Shown: positions 25,711-39,621 of the stretch, piece after piece
How the letters are laid out: every line of letters begins with the position of its first letter
Numbering within the stretch: position 1 is the first letter of the stretch
NCBI GenBank assembly: GCA_964016885.1
Contig: OZ024752.1
Span: forward strand, 36,828,001-36,892,000
Direction of reading: 5' to 3'
Length of the DNA: 64,000 nucleotides
Source: Eledone cirrhosa
Lineage: Eukaryota
Program-made: the position numbers and the translations under genes
Notes under the pieces: model-generated
What the model was told of the DNA's origin: nothing
Seen by the model: the letters and a program-made list of their open reading frames with translations, nothing else
The model's database searches: none

Positions 25711-27289
25711 ATTTGCTGCGTTTCCTTCTTCGTTTCCTCTTCTGTTTTAAATACAGCACAGCTTGTCCCCAAAATATTTTACTTTTTCCCAATATAGATA
25801 TTTCAGTCATTTGTCGAGAAACGCTAGCAGTACTCTGTTTCTCACACACACTCTCTCTCTGTCTCGTTCTCACACACACCCTTACTCTCTCTCTTTCTCC
25901 TCCTCTGCCTATCTTTCTCTCTCTGTTCATGTCCTTCGAACAACTCTTCAGAGCTGAAAGTCACTTTTGCTACCACAACTGTATCAACTGAGCTTTCTGC
26001 CTTCAACCACCAATTTCCTTACCCTTGACTTGACGTTCACCACAAGACACAGCTCTAGAATAGCCTTGTGACACCTTCAGGGTAAAACCACTCTCCACTA
26101 TTTTTTTACTATACATAAATACACGATTTCTGTTTCTCTTTCCTTCGCCATTAATTCCAATTCTACGACGGCTGTTCTTTTTCTCACGTAAAATCTCCAT
26201 GTATTTGTACGTCATTCCTAATACTTAAAGTTTAGAAATTTACTGTTCGTCATTATTTAAACACTGTTTGTGCTTTTGTCTGTATCACTGGAAATTTGGA
26301 AGACAGTTAGCAAATAATTAATATTTGTGTGATTGTGTTGTTGCTTTTACCAACTTCATTAACATTATCGTTAGTTTTTTTTTTGTTACATAATCACTTT
26401 TTTTCTAAATTACACGAAGTAATGTTTTTTTATTATTATTATTCTTTCCTGTTCAGATTTTTATGCAGTTAATACCTGTAAAAGTGTTTGTTTCGGTTTT
26501 CGTGCCTTTCAGAAGAAAATTTAATGATCATCCTATGCTGTCTTCAAATAACTAATCATTAATTTAGTTACATTAGAAAGACAATTAACATCAGCGCATA
26601 ATGAAAGAAGATAGAATTGCTTCTTAACTTTATTAATGGCCATGGAATACAACGAATCCGTGTGTATGAATATTACGAGAACATCAGAAGAAATGTAGAA
26701 AATATCATCAGAGAAAATAGAATGTTTTCATCAGTGATATATTAATGCTATAGAATGCATAGTCAATAAATTTATTTCTAGGAATATACTAGACCAGGCG
26801 TGTGCAGCATATTCCATTGGCGGACCACTTTTGAACATTGGAACAACTATTAGGGCCATTGATATTTATTAAGCACTATTCCAAAGATTCGCCACAACTT
26901 CTTTCCATAACATGTAACTGGGAAATTATAACACACATAACCCTATCAGTGAAGCCCTTTAGTATAGGTCAACTAACAGAAAATTGTATCACGGTTAAAA
27001 TTGTATCAAGGGGGCAGCCTTGTCACATTCTGTGTCACGCTGAATCTCCCTGAGAACTACGTTAAGCGTACGCGTGTCTGTGGAATGCTCAGCTACTTGC
27101 ACGTTGTTCTGTTGATCGGATCAACTGGAACACTCGTCGTCGTAATCGACGGAGTGCCAGTGTTCTAGGTATGTCATATACTCCAAGACTTTACTTTGTA
27201 TTGATTCCAGGTTTTTAATGTTTTCTTTATATATACTGTAGCTCCTATGCAGGGAAAATTGCAGTAAATACATCGCCTATAGTGTCATC

Positions 27290-27785
27290 ACACGGTAACT
27301 CATCGCCTGAAAATTTCATCACTTAGTAATTTCATTGTCTGGCAATTTCATCACCTAATAATTTCATCGCCTGTTAATTTCATCAGCTGGTAATTTCATT
27401 GCCTGGTAATTTCATCAGCTGGCAATTTCATTGCCTGGTAATTTCATTGCCTGGCAATTTCATTGCCTGGTAATTTCATCAGCTGGCAATTTCATTGCCT
27501 GGTAATTTCATCGCCTAGTAGTTTCATTGCCTGGTAATTTCATCGCCTGGTAATTTCATTGCTGGTAATTTCATCGCCTAGTAGTTTCATTGCTTGGTAA
27601 TTTCATCGCCTAGTAGTTTCATTGCTTGGTAATTTCATTGCCTGGTAATTCCATTGCCTGGTAATTTCCTGGTAATTTCATCACCTAATAATTTCATCGC
27701 CTGGTAATTTCATCACCTAATAATTTCATCGCCTGGTAATTTCATCACCTAATAATTTCATTGCCTGGTAATTTCATCGCGGTCA
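27290..27785. repeat. 16-bp minisatellite (CTGGTAATTTCATYGC)
   Basis: About 30 imperfect copies. Confidence 0.92.
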
Positions 27786-28120
27786 ATTGCACGATTATGC
27801 TTTTTATCTACCGAGTAAATAGATATATCATTTAAACATCATTTAAAAAATTTTACTCACAGACTTAATAAAATATGTCACATTTCGTTAAAGATGAAAA
27901 AAACTTCAAAAACTAAAAAATAAAAATAAAAAAAACAAAAAAAACAAAAGCCCTTTTCTCCCCCCCCCCATCTAATCTTTCCTATGATCTGATCATTTTT
28001 AGAAATCTTGTTAAAGGAACATTCAAGAATAATCAAAGAGTGCATCACCGGTGCAGGTGTTCCTACATTGCAGAAAGAAATGTAAAAAGTGATGCTGTGT
28101 GAATTGAACACATCGTCAAT

Positions 28121-31100
28121 GCTGGACCAGTTCAGGGAGACACTCTGCTCTGCTGGACCAGTTCAGGGAGACACTCTGCTCCGCTGGACCAGTTCAGGGA
28201 GACACTCTGCTCTGCTGGACCAGTTCAGGGAGACACTCTGCGCCGCTGGACCAGTTCAGGGAGACACTCTGCGCCGCTGGACCAGTTCAGGGAGACACTC
28301 TGCTCCGCTGGACCAGTTCAGGGAGACACTCTGCTCCGCTGGACCAGTTCAGGGAGACACTCTGCTCCGCTGGACCAGTTCAGGGACACACTCTGCTCCG
28401 CTGGACCAGTTCAGGGACACACTCTGCTCCGCTGGACCAGTTCAGGGAGACACTCTGGTCCGCTGGACCAGTTCAGGGAGACACTCTGCTCCGCTGGACC
28501 AGTTCAGGGACACACTCTGCTCTGCTGGACCAGTTCAGGGAGACACTCTGCTCCGCTGGACCAGTTCAGGGAGACACTCTGCTCCGCTGGACCAGTTCAG
28601 GGAGACACTCTGCTCCGCTGGACCAGTTCAGGGAGACACTCTGCTCCGCTGGACCAGTTCAGGGACACACTCTGCTCCGCTGGACCAGTTCAGGGACACA
28701 CTCTGCTCCGCTGGACCAGTTCAGGGAGACACTCTGCTCCGCTGGACCAGTTCAGGGAGACACTCTGCTCCGCTGGACCAGTTCAGGGACACACTCTGCT
28801 CTGCTGGACCAGTTCAGGGAGACACTCTGCTCCGCTGGACCAGTTCAGGGACACACTCTGCTCCGCTGGACCAGTTCAGGGAGACACTCTGCTCTGCTGG
28901 ACCAGTTCAGGGACACACTCTGCTCCGCTGGACCAGTTCAGGGAGACACTCTGCGCCGCTGGACCAGTTCAGGGAGACACTCTGCGCCGCTGGACCAGTT
29001 CAGGGAGACACTCTGCTCTGCTGGACCAGTTCAGGGAGACACTCTGCTCTGCTGGACCAGTTCAGGGAGACACTCTGCTCTGCTGGACCAGTTCAGGGAG
29101 ACACTCTGCTCTGCTGGACCAGTTCAGGGAGACACTCTGCTCTGCTGGACCAGTTCAGGGAGACACTCTGCGCCGCTGGACCAGTTCAGGGAGACACTCT
29201 GCTCTGCTGGACCAGTTCAGGGAGACACTCTGCTCTGCTGGACCAGTTCAGGGAGACACTCTGCTCTGCTGGACCAGTTCAGGGAGACACTCTGCTCTGC
29301 TGGACCAGTTCAGGGAGACACTCTGCGCCGCTGGACCAGTTCAGGGAGACACTCTGCTCTGCTGGACCAGTTCAGGGAGACACTCTGCTCTGCTGGACCA
29401 GTTCAGGGAGACACTCTGCTCTGCTGGACCAGTTCAGGGAGACACTCTGCGCCGCTGGACCAGTTCAGGGAGACACTCTGCTCTGCTGGACCAGTTCAGG
29501 GAGACACTCTGCTCTGCTGGACCAGTTCAGGGAGACACTCTGCTCTGCTGGACCAGTTCAGGGAGACACTCTGCTCCGCTGGACCAGTTCAGGGAGACAC
29601 TCTGTTATGCTGGACCAGTTCAGGGAGACACTCTGCTCTGCTGGACCAGTTCAGGGAGACACTCTGCTCCGCTGGACCAGTTCAGGGAGACACTCTGTTA
29701 TGCTGGACCAGTTCAGGGAGACACTCTGCTCTGCTGGACCAGTTCAGGGAGACACTCTGCTCCGCTGGACCAGTTCAGGGAGACACTCTGCTCTGCTGGA
29801 CCAGTTCAGGGAGACACTCTGCGCCGCTGGACCAGTTCAGGGAGACACTCTGCTCCGCTGGACCAGTTCAGGGAGACACTCTGTTATGCTGGACCAGTTC
29901 AGGGAGACACTCTGCTCTGCTGGACCAGTTCAGGGAGACACTCTGCTCCGCTGGACCAGTTCAGGGAGACACTCTGCTCTGCTGGACCAGTTCAGGGAGA
30001 CACTCTGCTCTGCTGGACCAGTTCAGGGAGACACTCTGCGCCGCTGGACCAGTTCAGGGAGACACTCTGCTCTGCTGGACCAGTTCAGGGAGACACTCTG
30101 CTCTGCTGGACCAGTTCAGGGAGACACTCTGCTCCGCTGGACCAGTTCAGGGAGACACTCTGTTATGCTGGACCAGTTCAGGGAGACACTCTGCTCCGCT
30201 GGACCAGTTCAGGGAGACACTCTGCTCTGCTGGACCAGTTCAGGGAGACACTCTGCTCTGCTGGACCAGTTCAGGGAGACACTCTGCTCTGCTGGACCAG
30301 TTCAGGGAGACACTCTGCTCCGCTGGACCAGTTCAGGGAGACACTCTGCGCCGCTGGACCAGTTCAGGGAGACACTCTGTTATGCTGGACCAGTTCAGGG
30401 AGACACTCTGCTCTGCTGGACCAGTTCAGGGAGACACTCTGCTCCGCTGGACCAGTTCAGGGAGACACTCTGCTCTGCTGGACCAGTTCAGGGAGACACT
30501 CTGCTCCGCTGGACCAGTTCAGGGAGACACTCTGTTATGCTGGACCAGTTCAGGGAGACACTCTGCTCTGCTGGACCAGTTCAGGGAGACACTCTGCTCT
30601 GCTGGACCAGTTCAGGGAGACACTCTGTTATGCTGGACCAGTTCAGGGAGACACTCTGCTCTGCTGGACCAGTTCAGGGAGACACTCTGCTCTGCTGGAC
30701 CAGTTCAGGGAGACACTCTGCTCTGCTGGACCAGTTCAGGGAGACACTCTGCTCTGCTGGACCAGTTCAGGGAGACACTCTGCTCCGCTGGACCAGTTCA
30801 GGGAGACACTCTGTTATGCTGGACCAGTTCAGGGAGACACTCTGCTCTGCTGGACCAGTTCAGGGAGACACTCTGCTCCGCTGGACCAGTTCAGGGAGAC
30901 ACTCTGTTATGCTGGACCAGTTCAGGGAGACACTCTGCTCTGCTGGACCAGTTCAGGGAGACACTCTGCTCTGCTGGACCAGTTCAGGGAGACACTCTGC
31001 TCCGCTGGACCAGTTCAGGGAGACACTCTGTTATGCTGGACCAGTTCAGGGAGACACTCTGCTCTGCTGGACCAGTTCAGGAAGACACTCTGCTCCGCTG

Positions 31101-34100
31101 GACCAGTTCAGGGAGACACTCTGTTATGCTGGACCAGTTCAGGGAGACACTCTGCTCTGCTGGACCAGTTCAGGGAGACACTCTGCTCCGCTGGACCAGT
31201 TCAGGGAGACACTCTGCTCTGCTGGACCAGTTCAGGGAGACACTCTGCGCCGCTGGACCAGTTCAGGGAGACACTCTCCTCTGCTGGACCAGTTCAGGGA
31301 GACACTCTGTTATGCTGGACCAGTTCAGGGAGACACTCTGCTCTGCTGGACCAGTTCAGGGAGACACTCTGCTCCGCTGGACCAGTTCAGGGAGACACTC
31401 TGCTCTGCTGGACCAGTTCAGGGAGACACTCTGCGCCGCTGGACCAGTTCAGGGAGACACTCTCCTCTGCTGGACCAGTTCAGGGAGACACTCTGCTCCG
31501 CTGGACCAGTTCAGGGAGACACTCTGCTCTGCTGGACCAGTTCAGGGAGACACTCTGTTATGCTGGACCAGTTCAGGGAGACACTCTGCTCTGCTGGACC
31601 AGTTCAGGGAGACACTCTGCGCCGCTGGACCAGTTCAGGGAGACACTCTGCTCTGCTGGACCAGTTCAGGGAGACACTCTGCTCCGCTGGACCAGTTCAG
31701 GGAGACACTCTGCTCTGCTGGACCAGTTCAGGGAGACACTCTGCGCCGCTGGACCAGTTCAGGGAGACACTCTGCTCTGCTGGACCAGTTCAGGGAGACA
31801 CTCTGCGCCGCTGGACCAGTTCAGGGAGACACTCTGTTATGCTGGACCAGTTCAGGGAGACACTCTGCTCCGCTGGACCAGTTCAGGGAGACACTCTGTT
31901 ATGCTGGACCAGTTAAGGGAGACACTCTGTTATGCTGGACCAGTTCAGGGAGACACTCTGCTCCGCTGGACCAGTTCAGGGAGACACTCTGTTATGCTGG
32001 ACCAGTTCAGGGAGACACTCTGCTCTGCTGGACCAGTTCAGGGAGACACTCTGCTCCGCTGGACCAGTTCAGGGAGACACTCTGTTATGCTGGACCAGTT
32101 CAGGGAGACACTCTGCTCCGCTGGACCAGTTCAGGGAGACACTCTGCTCTGCTGGACCAGTTCAGGGAGACACTCTGCTCTGCTGGACCAGTCCAGGGAG
32201 ACACTCTGCTCTGCTGGACCAGTTCAGGGAGACACTCTGCTCCGCTGGACCAGTTCAGGGAGACACTCTGTTATGCTGGACCAGTTCAGGGAGACACTCT
32301 GCTCTGCTGGACCAGTTCAGGGAGACACTCTGCTCCGCTGGACCAGTTCAGGGAGACACTCTGCTCTGCTGGACCAGTTCAGGGAGACACTCTGCTCCGC
32401 TGGACCAGTTCAGGGAGACACTCTGTTATGCTGGACCATTTCAGGGAGACACTCTGCTCTGCTGGACCAGTTCAGGGAGACACTCTGCTCTGCTGGACCA
32501 GTTCAGAGAGACACTCTGCTCCGCTGGACCAGTTCAGGGAGACACTCTGTTATGCTGGACCAGTTCAGGGAGACACTCTGCTCTGCTGGACCAGTTCAGG
32601 GAGACACTCTGCGCCGCTGGACCAGTTCAGGGAGACACTCTGCGCCGCTGGACCAGTTCAGGGAGACACTCTGTTATGCTGGACCAGTTCAGGGAGACAC
32701 TCTGCTCCGCTGGACCAGTTCAGGGAGACACTCTGCTCTGCTGGACCAGTTCAGGGAGACACTCTGCGCCGCTGGACCAGTTCAGGGAGACACTCTGCTC
32801 TGCTGGACCAGTTCAGGGAGACACTCTGCTCCGCTGGACCAGTTCAGGGAGACACTCTGTTATGCTGGACCAGTTCAGGGAGACACTCTGCTCTGCTGGA
32901 CCAGTTCAGGGAGACACTCTGCGCCGCTGGACCATTTCAGGGAGACACTCTGTTATGCTGGACCAGTTCAGGGAGACACTCTGCTCTGCTGGACCAGTTC
33001 AGGGAGACACTCTGCGCCGCTGGACCAGGTCAGGGAGACACTCTGCTCTGCTGGACCAGTTCAGGGAGACACTCTGTTATGCTGGACCAGTTCAGGGAGA
33101 CACTCTGCTCTGCTGGACCAGTTCAGGGAGACACTCTGCGCCGCTGGACCAGTTCAGGGAGACACTCTGCGCCGCTGGACCAGTTCAGGGAGACACTCTG
33201 CGCCGCTGGACCAGTTAAGGGAGACACTCTGCGCCGCTGGACCAGTTCAGGGAGACACTCTGCTCTGCTGGACCAGTTCAGGGAGACACTCTGTTATGCT
33301 GGACCAGCTCAGGGAGACACTCTGCTCTGCTGGACCAGTTCAGGGAGACACTCTGTTATGCTGGACCAGTTCAGGGAGACACTCTGCTCCGCTGGACCAG
33401 TTCAGGGAGACACTCTGCTCTGCTGGACCAGTTCAGGGAGACACTCTGCTCCGCTGGACCAGTTCAGGGAGACACTCTGCTCTGCTGGACCAGTTCAGGG
33501 AGACACTCTGCTCCGCTGGACCAGTTCAGGGAGACACTCTGTTATGCTGGACCAGTTCAGGGAGACACTCTGCGCCGCTGGACCAGTTCAGGGAGACACT
33601 CTGCGCCGCTGGACCAGTTCAGGGAGACACTCTGCTCTGCTGGACCAGTTCAGGGAGACACTCTGTTATGCTGGACCAGTTCAGGGAGACACTCTTCTCT
33701 GCTGGACCAGTTCAGGGAGACACTCTGTTATGCTGGACCAGTTCAGGGAGACACTCTGCTCCGCTGGACCAGTTCAGGGAGACACTCTGCTCTGCTGGAC
33801 CAGTTCAGGGAGACACTCTGCTCCGCTGGACCAGTTCAGGGAGACACTCTGCTCTGCTGGACCAGTTCAGGGAGACACTCTGCTCCGCTGGACCAGTTCA
33901 GGGAGACACTCTGTTATGCTGGACCAGTTCAGGGAGACACTCTGCGCCGCTGGACCAGTTCAGGGAGACACTCTGCACTGCTGGACCAGTTCAGGGAGAC
34001 ACTCTGCTCTGCTGGACCAGTTCAGGGAGACACTCTGCTCTGCTGGACCAGTTCAGGGAGACACTCTGCTCCGCTGGACCAGTTCAGGGAGACACTCTGC

Positions 34101-37100
34101 GCCGCTGGACCAGTTCAGGGAGACACTCTGTTATGCTGGACCAGTTCAGGGAGACACTCTGCTCTGCTGGACCAGTTCAGGGAGACACTCTGCTCCGCTG
34201 GACCAGTTCAGGGAGACACTCTGCTCTGCTGGACCAGTTCAGGGAGACACTCTGCTCCGCTGGACCAGTTCAGGGAGACACTCTGTTATGCTGGACCAGT
34301 TCAGGGAGACACTCTGCTCTACTGGACCAGTTCAGGGAGACACTCTGCTCTGCTGGACCAGTTCAGGGAGACACTCTGTTATGCTGGACCAGTTCAGGGA
34401 GACACTCTGCTCTGCTGGACCAGTTCAGGGAGACACTCTGCTCTGCTGGACCAGTTCAGGGAGACACTCTGCTCTGCTGGACCAGTTCAGGGAGACACTC
34501 TGCTCTGCTGGACCAGTTCAGGGAGACACTCTGCTCCGCTGGACCAGTTCAGGGAGACACTCTGTTATGCTGGACCAGTTCAGGGAGACACTCTGCTCTG
34601 CTGGACCAGTTCAGGGAGACACTCTGCTCCGCTGGACCAGTTCAGGGAGACACTCTGTTATGCTGGACCAGTTCAGGGAGACACTCTGCTCTGCTGGACC
34701 AGTTCAGGGAGACACTCTGCTCTGCTGGACCAGTTCAGGGAGACACTCTGCTCCGCTGGACCAGTTCAGGGAGACACTCTGTTATGCTGGACCAGTTCAG
34801 GGAGACACTCTGCTCTGCTGGACCAGTTCAGGAAGACACTCTGCTCCGCTGGACCAGTTCAGGGAGACACTCTGTTATGCTGGACCAGTTCAGGGAGACA
34901 CTCTGCTCTGCTGGACCAGTTCAGGGAGACACTCTGCTCCGCTGGACCAGTTCAGGGAGACACTCTGCTCTGCTGGACCAGTTCAGGGAGACACTCTGCG
35001 CCGCTGGACCAGTTCAGGGAGACACTCTCCTCTGCTGGACCAGTTCAGGGAGACACTCTGCTCCGCTGGACCAGTTCAGGGAGACACTCTGCTCTGCTGG
35101 ACCAGTTCAGGGAGACACTCTGTTATGCTGGACCAGTTCAGGGAGACACTCTGCTCTGCTGGACCAGTTCAGGGAGACACTCTGCGCCGCTGGACCAGTT
35201 CAGGGAGACACTCTGCTCTGCTGGACCAGTTCAGGGAGACACTCTGCTCCGCTGGACCAGTTCAGGGAGACACTCTGCTCTGCTGGACCAGTTCAGGGAG
35301 ACACTCTGCGCCGCTGGACCAGTTCAGGGAGACACTCTGCTCTGCTGGACCAGTTCAGGGAGACACTCTGCGCCGCTGGACCAGTTCAGGGAGACACTCT
35401 GTTATGCTGGACCAGTTCAGGGAGACACTCTGCTCCGCTGGACCAGTTCAGGGAGACACTCTGTTATGCTGGACCAGTTCAGGGAGACACTCTGTTATGC
35501 TGGACCAGTTCAGGGAGACACTCTGCTCCGCTGGACCAGTTCAGGGAGACACTCTGTTATGCTGGACCAGTTCAGGGAGACACTCTGCTCTGCTGGACCA
35601 GTTCAGGGAGACACTCTGCTCCGCTGGACCAGTTCAGGGAGACACTCTGTTATGCTGGACCAGTTCAGGGAGACACTCTGCTCCGCTGGACCAGTTCAGG
35701 GAGACACTCTGCTCTGCTGGACCAGTTCAGGGAGACACTCTGCTCTGCTGGACCAGTTCAGGGAGACACTCTGCTCTGCTGGACCAGTTCAGGGAGACAC
35801 TCTGCTCCGCTGGACCAGTTCAGGGAGACACTCTGTTATGCTGGACCAGTTCAGGGAGACACTCTGCTCTGCTGGACCAGTTCAGGGAGACACTCTGCTC
35901 CGCTGGACCAGTTCAGGGAGACACTCTGCTCTGCTGGACCAGTTCAGGGAGACACTCTGCTCCGCTGGACCAGTTCAGGGAGACACTCTGTTATGCTGGA
36001 CCATTTCAGGGAGACACTCTGCTCTGCTGGACCAGTTCAGGGAGACACTCTGCTCTGCTGGACCAGTTCAGAGAGACACTCTGCTCCGCTGGACCAGTTC
36101 AGGGAGACACTCTGTTATGCTGGACCAGTTCAGGGAGACACTCTGCTCTGCTGGACCAGTTCAGGGAGACACTCTGCGCCGCTGGACCAGTTCAGGGAGA
36201 CACTCTGCGCCGCTGGACCAGTTCAGGGAGACACTCTGTTATGCTGGACCAGTTCAGGGAGACACTCTGCTCCGCTGGACCAGTTCAGGGAGACACTCTG
36301 CTCTGCTGGACCAGTTCAGGGAGACACTCTGCGCCGCTGGACCAGTTCAGGGAGACACTCTGCTCTGCTGGACCAGTTCAGGGAGACACTCTGCTCCGCT
36401 GGACCAGTTCAGGGAGACACTCTGTTATGCTGGACCAGTTCAGGGAGACACTCTGCTCTGCTGGACCAGTTCAGGGAGACACTCTGCTCCGCTGGACCAT
36501 TTCAGGGAGACACTCTGTTATGCTGGACCAGTTCAGGGAGACACTCTGCTCTGCTGGACCAGTTCAGGGAGACACTCTGCGCCGCTGGACCAGGTCAGGG
36601 AGACACTCTGCGCCGCTGGACCAGTTCAGGGAGACAATCTGCTCTGCTGGACCAGTTCAGGGAGACACTCTGCTCCGCTGGACCAGTTCAGGGAGACACT
36701 CTGCTCTGCTGGACCAGTTCAGGGAGACACTCTGCTCCGCTGGACCAGTTCAGGGAGACACTCTGTTATGCTGGACCAGTTCAGGGAGACACTCTGCTCT
36801 GCTGGACCAGTTCAGGGAGACACTCTGCGCCGCTGGACCAGTTCAGGGAGACACTCTGCGCCGCTGGACCAGTTCAGGGAGACACTCTGCGCCGCTGGAC
36901 CAGTTAAGGGAGACACTCTGCGCCGCTGGACCAGTTCAGGGAGACACTCTGCTCTGCTGGACCAGTTCAGGGAGACACTCTGTTATGCTGGACCAGCTCA
37001 GGGAGACACTCTGCTCTGCTGGACCAGTTCAGGGAGACACTCTGTTATGCTGGACCAGTTCAGGGAGACACTCTGCTCCGCTGGACCAGTTCAGGGAGAC

Positions 37101-38103
37101 ACTCTGCTCTGCTGAACCAGTTCAGGGAGACACTCTGCTCCGCTGGACCAGTTCAGGGAGACACTCTGCTCTGCTGGACCAGTTCAGGGAGACACTCTGC
37201 TCCGCTGGACCAGTTCAGGGAGACACTCTGTTATGCTGGACCAGTTCAGGGAGACACTCTGCGCCGCTGGACCAGTTCAGGGAGACACTCTGCGCCGCTG
37301 GACCAGTTCAGGGAGACACTCTGCTCTACTGGACCAGTTCAGGGAGACACTCTGTTATGCTGGACCAGTTCAGGGAGACACTCTTCTCTGCTGGACCAGT
37401 TCAGGGAGACACTCTGTTATGCTGGACCAGTTCAGGGAGACACTCTGCTCCGCTGGACCAGTTCAGGGAGACACTCTGCTCTGCTGGACCAGTTCAGGGA
37501 GACACTCTGCTCCGCTGGACCAGTTCAGGGAGACACTCTGCTCTGCTGGACCAGTTCAGGGAGACACTCTGCTCCGCTGGACCAGTTCAGGGAGACACTC
37601 TGTTATGCTGGACCAGTTCAGGGAGACACTCTGCGCCGCTGGACCAGTTCAGGGAGACACTCTGCGCCGCTGGACCAGTTCAGGGACACACTCTGCGCCG
37701 CTGGACCAGTTCAGGGACACACTCTGCGCCGCTGGACCAGTTCAGGGAGACACTCTGCTCTGCTGGACCAGTTCAGGGAGACACTCTGCTCTGCTGGACC
37801 AGTTCAGGGAGACACTCTGCTCCGCTGTACCAGTTCAGGGAGACACTCTGTTATGCTGGACCAGTTCAGGGAGACACTCTGCTCTGCTGGACCAGTTCAG
37901 GGAGACACTCTGCGCCGCTGGACCAGTTCAAGGAGACACTCTGCGCCGCTGGACCAGTTCAGGGAGACACTCTGCGCCGCTGGACCAGTTCAGGGACACA
38001 CTCTGCGCCGCTGGACCAGTTCAGGGAGACACTCTGCTCCGCTGGACCAGTTCAGGGAGACACTCTGCTCCGCTGGACCAGTTCAGGGACACACTCTGCG
38101 CCG
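28121..38103. repeat. 31-bp satellite, ~320 copies, with a higher-order duplication
   Basis: Unit GCTGGACCAGTTCAGGGAGACACTCTG+NNNN (CTCT, CTCC, CGCC or TTAT). Confidence 0.98.
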
Positions 38104-38199
38104 TTCATAGTTTTGTCTTGATTATCATATTTGTTTTTCTTCAATTTAAAACTGATTTTGTATTCTAACTCCGTTTTCTAGTGTGTCTTTTGTTGCGTG

Positions 38200-39080
38200 T
38201 TGTGCATGTATGGTTATGTGTGTATGTGTGTATGTGTGTATGTGTAAGTGTGTTAGTATGTGGTTATGTGTGTGAGTATGTATGTGTACGAATGTGTATG
38301 TCTGTGTGTTAGTATGTGGTTATGTGTGTGAGTATGTATGTGTACGAATGTGTATGTGTGGTTATGAGTGTGTATGTATGTGTGTATATGTAAGTGTTAG
38401 TATGTGGTTATGTGTGTGAGTATGTATGTGTATGTATGTGTATGTCTGTGTGTTAGTATGTGGTTCTGTGTGTGAGTATGTATGTGTATGAATGTGTATG
38501 TGTGGTTATGAGTGTGTATGTGTAAGTGTTAGTATGTGGTTATTGTGTGAGTATGTATGTGCATGTATGGTTATGTTTGTATGTGTGTATGTGTGTATGT
38601 ATGCATGTGGTTATGTGTGTGAGTATGTATGTGTGTATATGTATGTGTGTTATGTATGTGTCTGTGTATGTTTGTGTATGAATGTATGTTTGTATATGTA
38701 TGTGTGTTATGTATGTGTCTGTATGTTTGTGTATGAATGTATGTGTGTGTGGGTGCATGTATGTATGTATGTATGTATGTGTAATTGTGTGTGTAGATGA
38801 ATGTGTGTATCAATGTGTGCGTGTATGAATATGTGTGTATATATGAATATGTGTGTATATATGAATGTGTGTGTATGAATGTGTGTGTGTAAGTGTGAAT
38901 ATATATATATGTGTGTGTGTATGTGTATATGTGTGTGTGTATATGTATATATGTGTGTGTCTATGTGTATGTGTGTGTGTATGTATGTGTATATGTTTGT
39001 ATATGAATATGTATGTGTGTGTGTATGTGTATATGTGTGTGTATATATGTGTGTGTGTGTGTCTATGTGTGTGTGTGTGT
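38200..39080. repeat. Degenerate (TG/TA)n low-complexity tract
   Basis: Direct inspection. Confidence 0.9.
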
Positions 39081-39137
39081 GGTTCTATTTTTACAAGTAA
39101 ATGCAGAGTAAATTCGATATTATTGTTATTAAGTTTT

Positions 39138-39352
39138 GGATTGGCAGAATCGGTAGAGCGTCGGACACCATGTTTTGACGCATAGAGTTACGGCCCTTTA
39201 TGATCAGAGTTCAAACCCCGCCGCGATTAACTTTGCTTTTCATCCTTACGGGGTCGATAAAATAAAGTACCAGTCACGCACTGGGGTCAATTTCATCGAC
39301 TTTTCCCTCCCCCCTCAAAAAATTGCTGACCTTGTGCCTATATAAGAAACCG
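39138..39352 (+). mobile_element. tRNA-derived SINE (TSD TTAAGTTTTG)
   Basis: A/B boxes and core; flanking 10-bp direct repeat. Confidence 0.85.
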
Positions 39353-39476
39353 TTAAGTTTTGCTGTTTTTGAATTTCCTTTTTCATTGTTAATAAATCTG
39401 ATTTATTTCCTTTGTGGATAAAAAAACTTTACATAATATATAGCTATATATTTACTCTGCTGGTGAAAAACACAAT

Positions 39477-39603
39477 TGTTTCTACTTTAGGCACAAGGCC
39501 AGCAATTACCCAGTGCATTACTGGTACTTTATTTTATCGACCCCGTAAGGATGAAAGGCAAAGTCAACCTCGGCGGGATTTGAACTCAGATCGTAAAGGG
39601 ACG
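39477..39603 (-). mobile_element. 5'-truncated SINE with ~19-bp TSD
   Basis: TGCTGGTGAAAAACAYAAT at 39458 and 39604. Confidence 0.85.
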
Positions 39604-39621
39604 TGCTGGTGAAAAACATAA

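Noticed and set aside
25488-26215. Minus-strand short ORFs as host exons
   Set aside because: Partly repeat-derived, frames inconsistent, no recognisable domain
27010-27160. Fragment resembling another interspersed repeat, with a 3' hairpin
   Set aside because: Single copy in the window; cannot be supported without a repeat-library search
28121-38103. CRISPR-like array (dyad repeat plus variable spacer)
   Set aside because: The variable part is only 4 nt with four recurring states; no cas genes; eukaryotic context
28089-38168. Giant ORFs as protein-coding genes
   Set aside because: Open in all three frames only because the 31-mer lacks stops; no codon-position signature
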